Origin: Vicugna vicugna
Taxonomy: Eukaryota
Length of the DNA: 62,000 bases
Direction: 5' to 3'
Assembly (NCBI GenBank): GCA_013265495.1
Contig: MU061538.1
Span: forward strand, 2,003,339-2,065,338
Below the pieces are notes generated by a model. The model saw only the letters and a program-made list of their open reading frames with translations. It ran no database searches and was not told the origin of the DNA. This document shows positions 1-9,150 of the stretch, in pieces; the first letter of the stretch is position 1; every line of letters begins with the position of its first letter. The position numbers were made by a program, and so were the translations under genes.

Positions 1-725
1 GAGAGTGACACAGACACAGATGAAAGGACGTGGGGAGGCACAGGCCAGGCCTCAGCGAGGAGGAGGATATGGTGGGAGGAAGAGAGGAGGGGAGCGGCCG
101 GCCGTGGGCCCCTAGCCCAAGGCAGGCCCTGGTGTCAGGGTGTCACTCCCCAGGCCAAGCCTCTGCACTCCCCCAAGGACCCCCGGCAGTCACCTCGCCC
201 CACCAGGGCCCTTTCTCTGCTTCTGGTGAGGCTGGGAATGTGGGCCCTCCTACTGTCCTCACCAAGCCCACACAAACAAAGTGGCAGAACTCATAGGCCA
301 AGTAGGAGCTATTAATTCGGTTCACAGTTGTGTGAAATGCAGCAATAAAAATCTTTGGACTTCAGCAAGTTGTTTTAATTTTTTTTTCTTTTGAAATTAA
401 AAAAAAGGTGTCCGATGTCCCATAATGGAGCTTAGGGGATTAAAAAAAAGATGAAACCCTAAGCAGCTCCCTTTGCAAAAAGAAAATCATAAAATTAGCA
501 TAATCTCATAAACACAAAAAAACTCAAAAATATTTTATAGTCAGATATTTGGGATTTTATACCTCCTGTAAATTATATATACATAGAATATTGCAGAACC
601 ATTGCTAATACACGAGATTTTTTACTATTAATGCTGGTATAATCTTTATACACTGGCCCTTTATTTATGATTTTAAATTATTGCATTGTTTAGCTCGCAC
701 CGAGACCGGGCCTGCGCCCGCCCCC
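1..725 (-). other. EN2: EN2 3' UTR (proximal part; probably continues beyond the window)
   Basis: Directly follows the stop codon. AU-rich block 300-690 carries miRNA seed matches and a Pumilio element. The true 3' end cannot be determined from the sequence. Confidence 0.8.
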
Positions 726-1042
726 CTACTCGCTGTCCGACTTGCCCTCCTTGGCGGCAGTGGAGTGGTTGTACAGGCCCTGCGCCATCAGGTGCACAGC
801 CAGCGTGTTCTTGTTGCCTGTGGCCTTCTTGATCTTGGCGCGCTTGTTCTGGAACCAAATCTTGATCTGTGACTCATTGAGGCTGAGCTCCTGCGCCAGG
901 CTCTGGCGCCGCTGCTCCGTCAGGTACCTGTTGGTCTGGAACTCGGCCTTGAGCCTCTGCAGCTGCTCCGCAGTGAAGGCTGTGCGAGGCCGCTTGTCCT
1001 CTTTGTTGGGGTTCTTCTTCTTTGGTTTGCGTGACCTGGGAC
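726..1042 (-). CDS. EN2: EN2 coding exon 2: end of EH2, EH3, homeodomain, EH5, stop TAG
   Basis: Acceptor CCACCTAG| (AG at 1044-1043). Translation (G)[104 protein letters not shown], stop at 728-726. Joined CDS is 679+317=996 nt, 331 aa. Confidence 0.98.
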
Positions 1043-2259
1043 CTAGGTGGGCACGGTGGACAGAGAGAACGCGGGTTAGGAGGGCTCCGGCCGACCTGCT
1101 TCCTCGGGTGCGTCACATCGCAGGCCAGGGAGAAGGCCGAGGCCAGGAGGGAAGAGGCTGCCCACGGCCAGCGGCTGACCTGGAGGAGAGTTGGGCTGGC
1201 CTTGAGACTGGGCAGGGCTCCCCGCTACCTCTGGGACCCTCCCCTGGGGAGTGAGGTGTTGGGCCCAGGAGGTGAGGGGCTGAGAGTAGGGTAAAGGGCA
1301 GGCTTAGTGAGAAAGTCTGCAAATAAAAGGAAAACCCCCACAGGAAAGTAAAAAGCCGAAACTTCGTGGCCAGGCTCTTTCTCGCCCTCTCTGAGGGTCT
1401 GTCCAGGACAGGACAGGGAAGGGGTAGGTGCTGGGAGAGAGGTGAGGGGGAAAGATTGGGGGAGGGGAGGGGCAGCCAGGGTAGCAGGAAGAGCCATGGC
1501 AGGATGTGAGGGACCCCCACAGGGGACACCCCACAGGTCCCAAGGGCTGTGGGAGCCAAGGTCAGGTGAATTCTGAGAACAGGACAGGTCTGGAGGTCTG
1601 CCCCCCTCCACTAGCCCTGTGGACCCAAGTCCACTGTTTCCTTTAAGGACAGGAAAGAGCACACATGGCCTTTCCTGGGTGAGGAAGGAGCTCTGAGTTT
1701 CCCACCCCTTCCCCCACCAAGTCTCCTCAGTCCCCTGTCCAGGAGAGGGGACACAGTGCCTGCCTGGGAGCCAAGGAGGCCGCTGAGGGACCTAGCTGAC
1801 CTTGGCCACAAGGTTCACACTTCTGACCTCCCACCCCCACCTCCTGTGGCTGGGCTGCCCCACACTACTTGAGGTTGGTTTGGGACAGTGGTGATAAGGC
1901 CAAAGACCCAACCATCGGAAAAGGCCCAAGAAAGGAGAGCAGAGGGAAGGGGGCCAAGTGCATTCTTTTTATTGGTTTCTGGAAGTTCAGCCCCTAAGGA
2001 GGTCTGTGAGGGAAGAGGCTGGTGAGGGAGGGAGTTGCGACTGCCCATCTGGGTTTCTTAATCTGGGAAATAAATGCATTAACTTTGGGGTGCTCCTGGC
2101 CCCAGTTTCTTACCGGGCGCCCCAGGGGGGAGGCTGTAGAAGGTTATACCTCCGGCAGCCAGAGCACCCAGGTCCCCACCCCACACACCCCCAACCAACT
2201 CTGCAGGGTCAGGGGGCTGCTAGGCCACTAGCTGGGAACCCCCCCCAACCAGGACCCGG

Positions 2260-3120
2260 ATCAGGAGGGTGGACTGGCGCCCCGGATGGTACGCAGGCCC
2301 CAGGGGCGCCGAGAACAACCCTCCCCCGCCGACCGGGCCTTGTGCTCTCTCCCCAAGGCACGATGGAAGAGGGGGCTGTGCGCGCGGCAGAGGGGGCGCC
2401 ACGGGGTGCTGGGCTCTAACTCCTGGCCTTTTCGATTCTCAAGCACGCCCACGCTCACACACACACACACACACACCCCACACGCACCGTCCCCGCTCGC
2501 GCGCAGTCACCGCGGCGCACACGCGGAGGGCGCCGGCTCTCATCCGGGGGTTGCGGATCCCGGGGTGGCGGCCCGTCTCCCGGGGCACGCGCGGAGCGGG
2601 AAGGAGGCTCTGGGAGGCCTCGACAGGCCCCAGGCGGCCCCGCACGGGCTCGGACCCCACCACAGCCTCGTGGGGCAGGAGCCGGTTCTTCATCTCCACT
2701 CGCTCCCTCCCCGGAGAAGCGCGCTCCCCATCCCCTAAACCCCTCTGGTCCTGGGGCGTTTGCACACAAGAATCAGCCCACAGAAAGACACGAACCACTT
2801 TAAGGAAAGAAAATCTCCCTAAAATCAGAATTTTTAATTCTTTTTCTTTCTTGATTAAAAAAAAAACGCACTTAAGAAGTCTCGGTAAAAGGACTAAACC
2901 TCCGCAAGAAAACTGTACGTTGCTTCTTTCTCAAACGTCAAGAAACATAAATCTTATCTTCCTGGGGGTTTTTTTGTTTGTTTTTGTTTTGTTTTGTTGC
3001 TAAATCCAGACAGACGAGCAACCGAGCCACGTTCGGCTGCCGCGGACCACTGGGGCCTGGCTCAGCAGCAACTCCGGCGCGGCACAAAGCCGGCCGAGGC
3101 TCCTCGCCGGCCGCATTGTG
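2260..3120. promoter_or_regulatory. Intronic CpG-rich segment
   Basis: Dense CpGs at 2260-2760 and 3010-3120, interrupted by a T/A-rich stretch. Confidence 0.65.
2456..2476 (+). repeat. (CA)n microsatellite
   Basis: About 10 uninterrupted CA units. Confidence 0.9.
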
Positions 3121-4160
3121 AGCCTATATGTTAATTAAATATTAACAAAGGAGAGAAGCGAGAACAATGGAGCAAATTTCAGATCTAGCTGGAGAAATGT
3201 GGATTTCATGAAAGATACATGCACGCCATTTCTGCGGAAAGGCGACCCAGGGGTGACTTAGTTGTGTGGCGAACTGGGTAAACGACCTGGGCAAAACAGT
3301 TGAGGGTTCGGGGGCAGAGGGGGTCCGCTGCCAGCTTGGGAACAAATGGAGTCCGCGCCTAATGGCGGTTCACAGCCGCAGCCCCACATTTACTGCCACT
3401 GATGGTTTCTACAGGGACATGGACTTCGCTTTTTAAAATAACAGATCTATGAAAAACACGCCCAGAAGCTCTGCACACCCCCGTGGGCTCCTCCCGAACC
3501 CCCTCTGAACTGTGCCCCTTCCGATGCAGATCTGCCCCAGGAAGGCTCTGGGAAAGGTTCTTTCTATTTGGGGATTGCAGGCCTCTCTCCTCCAAGCTAT
3601 GTGCCTGTCGGCTTGGCAAATAAAACCAGGCACAGGGCAGAGGGCACCTCTGTTTCTATCCCTTCCCTTCCCGGATCCCCTCATGACCCCCTCATCAGCC
3701 CCAGTTGAGGGAGAGCCACCAGCCTTGCTTTCTTTCCTGGTTACATCTGGGATAACTGGGTCTTAGGGTGAGTCTAGGTCTGGAGTGGGCTGGGCGTGTG
3801 TCCCGAGTCTGGACTGAGTTGGAAGGACGTGGAGAAGGGGCTGAAGAGTGTAAGCTGAGCCTATCTTCCAGCCACCCCCTTTCCCACCGAATAAACTCCA
3901 GCCAGGGGAGGGGTGGGCTACTGCTTCGAGGCCCCAAAAGGCAAGAGAGGAAGGAGGTCCTAGTGCTTCTGCTGTTCTAAGAAGTCTGTACCCTCTCTCC
4001 TCCTGCCGCTGCCCGGTCAGCGTCAGCCGCACACAATGTCGCTGTGTGTGTCTTTGTGTTGGGGAGAAGGATCCTGGTGTCTTCTTCCTCGGGTAAGTTC
4101 CCGCGCCAGCGCTACCCGGCCACCCCGCGACGGGCCAGGACGCGGGTCCCCAGGGCTCAC

Positions 4161-4839
4161 CTGAAGAAGGCCGGTCCGAGTAGCGCGTGCAGTAGACCCA
4201 AGCCGGCCAGAGCATGGGCTGCGCGCCCAGGTTGGCGCTGGCCTGGGAGCTGTCCGAGTCCGAGCTCACCGACAGGTCGCCGCCGCCCAAGCCGCGGGCC
4301 TTGAGAGCCCCGTCCAGGGGGCCCCCGGAGTCTCCACCTTTCTTGGGGCCGCTGTGTAGCGAGAGAGCCTTGGAGCCGCCTTCGCCGTCACCCGGAGAGT
4401 CACCACCGCCACCGCCGGGCAGCGGCCCGCCTGCACCAGGCGCGCAGGGCGCGTTCTGCAGGGACTCCCGGCCGGACACTAGGAGCTGCTCGGCGCCGCC
4501 CGCGCCGCCGCCTCCCTCCGCACCGCCCGCGCCGCCTTCACCGCCGGCTGCGCCGCCTCTGCCTCCTCCTGCGCCAGCACAGCATGTCCCCGAGTCCTTT
4601 CTCCGGCCGAACTCGGGCCGCAGGATGTTGTCGATGAAGAAGTTGGTGATGCGATGTGGATGCTGATGGTTGCCTGGCGCCTGCAGGACCGCGGGCAGCA
4701 TCAGAGCCCGCCGGCGGCCAGTGTCCACGTCGCCCGGGCTGCTGCCGCCGCCAGAGCCGCCGCTGGGGCTGGATTCCGGCTGCTGCTGCCCGTCCACCGC
4801 TGCCGCCGCTTCGCTGGGCTTGGGGTCATTCTCCTCCAT
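4161..4839 (-). CDS. EN2: EN2 coding exon 1 (226 codons + 1 nt): Gly-rich N-terminus, EH1 repressor motif, most of EH2
   Basis: ATG at 4839 reads MEENDPKPSEAAAAVDGQQQPESS..., matching the mammalian EN2 N-terminus. Contains EH1 (HRITNFFIDNILRPEF) and EH2 (LWPAWVYCTRYSDRPSS). Ends at a canonical donor CAG|GTGAGC (GT at 4160-4159), phase 1. Confidence 0.98.
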
Positions 4840-5399
4840 GCTGTTCACAACAAATCCCAAATTGTTTCTCCTGGGACACCCTTCAGTCAGCCTTCCGCCC
4901 GCCCGCTCTGCACACGGAGACTCTCGCGGCCAGCCCGTGCCTCTACCCCGCCGAGTCTTCCGAGGGCGTGAGCGGCGGCCGCAGCCAGGGCTGGGATCCT
5001 ACAAGTCGCAGGCCAAGCTCAGAGCAAAGCCACGTTCCAATCCACGAGTCAATACAAGAGTCGCCCGGCGCTCAGATGCCGGGAGATTCAAAAGAGTCTG
5101 GTCCTCGCCTTTGCAGCGCGCCCGGGCGCTAGAGAGTCACGATGATCCAGTGTGGACCGGGGGCGCCTCCAGGCTCTGCGCTCCTCTCCACGTCCCGCTG
5201 CCTCCGGCTCCCGCGTCGCAGCCACGGCCGCCCGGGGCTGGAGCTCCGTGCATGCAGGCAGCTCGCTCCCCCGTGCTCACACCCGCCCAGGCCCGCCCAG
5301 GCCTCCCTCGCCGTCTGCGCGCCCTCGCCGCCTCGGCCTCCGCGCGGGCTCGGAAATTTCCAGGCCACTTAGCACAACCTGAGACACTTTGACTCTGGA

Positions 5400-5600
5400 T
5401 TTTTGTTCTTATTTTTAACAGAGCCCCCTCGAGTGACGTCGCGGGCCGGTCTCCTGGACACGTGCCTCGGGCCAATGGCCGCGGCGCCGCGCGCCCACGT
5501 GACGCGCCGGCGGCCGCTCTGTGACAGGAGCCTCCTGCCGCCCCTCCCCCCCGCCGCCGCCCCAAAACCCCGCCGCCGCCCCTCCCCCCCTTAAAGCGGC
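5400..5600 (-). promoter_or_regulatory. EN2 proximal promoter candidate
   Basis: TATA-like TTAAAAATAA on minus strand (5418-5409), CRE-like TGACGTC (5434-5440), E-boxes CACGTG (5459-5464, 5496-5501), CCAAT (5472-5476), GC/MAZ-type boxes (5541-5590), inside a CpG island upstream of the ATG. TSS not directly visible. Confidence 0.7.
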
Positions 5601-6175
5601 CGCGTCCTTGCGCTCCGGGTGCGGGAGCCCAAACCGGCGAGACCGCGACCGCGTCCCCTGCGCTCGCTCGCGTTTTCCCCGTCGCTTCTCGGCTCAGGGA
5701 TCTGAGGAAGCCCCGCGAGAGCCCCGCCAGGTCACCCTGGCGTGCAGACATGGGCAAGCGCTGGAAGATTGCTATTTTTAAACATTTCCATATTGTTTAC
5801 CATGGGGAAAAATCCCACAATTCCTTGCACAAAAATGCATAAATAACATTAAATGAGCTGCCGAGATACAAAGGGACTTCTGTAGTCTGCCTTCCTTGCT
5901 GGTGGAGAGGGGAATTGTCACTTACATTTGACTTTGGTAACCAGGCAGATTCCTGTCTTAAATGCAGAGCTGGCGCGCAGGACCCTCTTCCTACACTCAC
6001 TGTAAGTGTGCGTGTGTGCACGCGTGTGCGTGTGCAGGGAGCCGCGTGCATACGGTGGGATTCGTTCTCCCCGGGACACTGATCCATGCAGCGCCAGAAG
6101 AGTCTGGAAAATGACTGGGGACTGCGTGTGGGGGAAGAGAAATCCAAGAGGGATTATAACTGAATCTTCCTTTTT

Positions 6176-6197
6176 GGAAAGGAAAGGAAAGGAAAGG
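6176..6197 (+). repeat. (GGAAA)n short tandem repeat
   Basis: ggaaaggaaaggaaaggaaagg. Confidence 0.8.
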
Positions 6198-8129
6198 AGA
6201 GCTCACGGTTCAGCCAAAGCTTCAAAACCACGTGGAGAGAAAACATCCCAGAGAGGCTGCCTCTCCCCAATTCCAAACCCACCTTCTGCCCCACCCCAAG
6301 TCCTTAACCCATGGAGGGACTACCAAGAGGACAGTCACCTCATTTTCTTTGTCTTAAAATCCTTCAAACTAGTCTTTCAGGAGAGCTGGGCCCATCTGAA
6401 AGGGAAATTAGAAACCAATGGTGGGGTGGGGGCCCCAATTTTATTTCTCCCCTCCTCTCTTTTTTCTGTCCTTTTCTAAACTTCCTTTCCAGTTGCTGTC
6501 AGAATGTCCAACTTGAACTTCTGTTTCCCCTTCTCCTCCCCTCTTCTGGCTCTTTCCTATTCACTCTTCTCTTCTTGCCCCCAGCTGCAGACACCCCACC
6601 AAACACCGGCTGTTACCACAGGCATGCCTGTTCATCATTTAAAATGCACTTTCATGGAGATTTCTGAAGTTTGAGAAACATCCAAAAGGGCACCTCTGAA
6701 GGTGCTGGAGCATGGCATGATAAATGTACACTGGGGGAGGATGGGCAGAGTGATGGGGAGGAGGGGAAGAGAAGGGAGAGCTGGGATGCCCTAGGTCTGG
6801 CCGGCCCAGGTGGCTGCAGGGCGCCCAGCAACTGGGGCCCACTGCGGAGCTGCAGCCGGCCCTGGGCCTGGAGCAGCTAGCGAGATGCTGTCAGGCCGGG
6901 AGGGATGGAAAAAGGTCTGGGCAAGCAGCCCTCCTGGCCACCTTGAAGCCTGAAGGCTTGCCCCTGGCCTGGATCAGCTGTCTTCTGGTCCCCACTCAGG
7001 TCCTATTCTCTCTCCACCCCACTGCAGGCTCCAGAGTGAGGCCTAGGTTGAACTAGAAGTAACAGTTACAGGGTGCTGCTCCGGGGACTTTAACCCGTGG
7101 AGGAGGTGCTGGCTGGGTCACCTGGCCACTAAATGCAGGTAGGGGGCTGGGTGTGGGTAGGCTCTGGAGGCAGATGGGGGGGCTCTTTGGTCTTCTGCAA
7201 GGCTCAAGCAGGATGGGGAAGCTACTTCTTAACTTGGGGTGACTCGCATCTCTCCTCCACCCCCCACTGGAGGGGTCTTCACCAAATTATCCGGCCAGGC
7301 ACACACCTGCCAGTGGCCTTCCCCGAGTCTCAAGAAATTGAACCCATAGTCTGCCTGCTCCTGGAAAAATGGGGCTGGTGGGGCTTGTGGGGACATCCTA
7401 TTTACACGTGTTGAGGGTTCGGTGGGAAATTTTCCTGCAAGTTTGGGAACCCTAATCTTCAGGGAATGTCCAATTATTTGGGGCCTCCGATCACCAAGTG
7501 GGTAGAGGGAGGGCCCATGGTGCGTCTGCTTCCTGCAAAAAAGCCGTCTCAGGTTAATTTCTCCACCTGTCCCGTGAAAACCAATTAGGCCGTCTCCTGA
7601 GAAATATTTTCTAATGTCTGCAGCACCTTTGCCTCTGATTGAACATTAATTGAGCCCAAGTGCTGGACTTCATCTGTATTTTCTCCTGTGATGCAGACCC
7701 AGGTTGCTGGCTGCAACATGACCTCTGCAAAGCAGCACGTCGTCTCCAGGCATACCTCACTTTGGGGGGAGGGGGCAGCAACCTGTGGACACTGGTCTCC
7801 AGGCTGCAGGTCAGGCTGGTCTGAGGAAGCAGGCCACTTCCTGCTTACTGGCCTGGGTGGGAGTGCTGTAGCAGGAGGCTGCAGGGGCAGGAGGAGGGAA
7901 AAGAGGATGAAGAGAGAAATCGGCAGGGAGCCTTAGGCTGCCCAGAGCCAACCCAAACCTGAACACAATTCCAGAAAAATCGCCCCTTGAGAGTGGGCAC
8001 CATTCGAAGGTTCAGCCAGGAGAGAGGGAAAATCTGGGTGGGAGCCGCAGAGAGTTGATTTACTCCAAGGATAAGGGAATCCTAAACCTTTCAAACAGAA
8101 ATCACAACAGGCTGTTTCAGGAAGCTCTA

Positions 8130-9150
8130 AAACACGCTTGAGGCTCCGCCGGCCAGGCTGGGACGCGGCCAGGCTGTGCTTTCTGGGGTCGTGGGGCGGG
8201 GGCGCATTTCCTAGTCTCTGCTCCCGGGTCCGAGGTGCGGGCCCTGCGGCCTGCCAGCCACGCTGGCCCGCTTTCCCACCCGGACAGACGGCCGCCGCCG
8301 CCGCCCCGCAGGGTGGGCTTTTCTGTGTGAACAAGAGAACCAACGCCGAACATTTGTTTCTTCTCAACGTGAAGCGCGGCCGCGGCCCGCAGACCCCGAT
8401 CCGTCCTCGGCTCACTGCGTCCGGGAGAATGCCCGCAACCACCCGCTTGGGGAGAAGCACCCTCTGTACTTCCCGGGCTCTCTGCACAAAGGCGGACGTC
8501 AGAAAGTTTCAAGGGGAAAGACGGCTTCTAGATAAGGTGCATTCATAGCATCGACGCTAGTATCGCACGTAGACTCTCCGCGAGGCTGCGGGTGGCGGAA
8601 GCGCTCCTGGAGACGCTGGGTGCCTGAATGCTGGTCCAGCCTCCCGCGTTTTCTTAAAACGAGGCCGAAGGAGGGTAACTTTTCCAGCCGCTCTGCCGTC
8701 CCCTCACTTTCCACACTTCTCTGGGTGCGCGTGGGGACGCTGGAGAAAAAACGAACGCAATGTGAGCGGCGTTCGCTCGCAGAGGTCCTCGCCATAGAGA
8801 CGCCCAACAATTCCGGAGAGCGAAATCGCCACCCGACAGAATCAGGCCCGGGAGGCCCGCTTCCCTGGCCGAGAGCCAGCTCCGCGCAGCCGGGTCCTGG
8901 GCGCCGGGCCGGGGAATCGGGACCGAGCGGAGAGAAACGTCCCGCCTGGCGGAGAGCCACCCTTGGTTCCTGGTGCTGTCCCCGCCGCGCCCCCGGCCTG
9001 CAGACAAAGGCCGAAATGAAGGGGCAGGCGGAGGAAGGGGTGGGTCGGGCGGGGCCAGCAGGCGCCGAGGAAGCGCGGGTGTGCTCACCTCCCAGCCACG
9101 CACCGGCCTATAGACCAGGCGAACTTGGGGCCCGGGGTACCTCGTCCGAC
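8130..9150. promoter_or_regulatory. Upstream CpG island
   Basis: High CpG density, no interspersed repeats. Confidence 0.8.

Larger units (their letters stand above)
1043..4160 (-). other. EN2: EN2 single intron (3118 bp, GT-AG, phase 1)
   Basis: Canonical donor and acceptor join in frame to rebuild DRPSSGPRSRK. The position within EH2 is typical of vertebrate engrailed genes. Confidence 0.96.
4100..5760. promoter_or_regulatory. CpG island covering EN2 exon 1 and promoter
   Basis: Very high GC and CpG density by inspection. Confidence 0.9.

Noticed and set aside
742..1254. 170-aa plus-strand ORF with a hydrophobic stretch
   Set aside because: Antisense shadow of the homeobox exon; non-ATG start and no independent evidence.
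3763..4860. 365-aa minus-strand ORF as a single-exon protein
   Set aside because: It is EN2 exon 1 read through the splice donor into the intron, with a 7-codon extension from a non-ATG start. The real CDS starts at ATG 4839 and splices at 4161.
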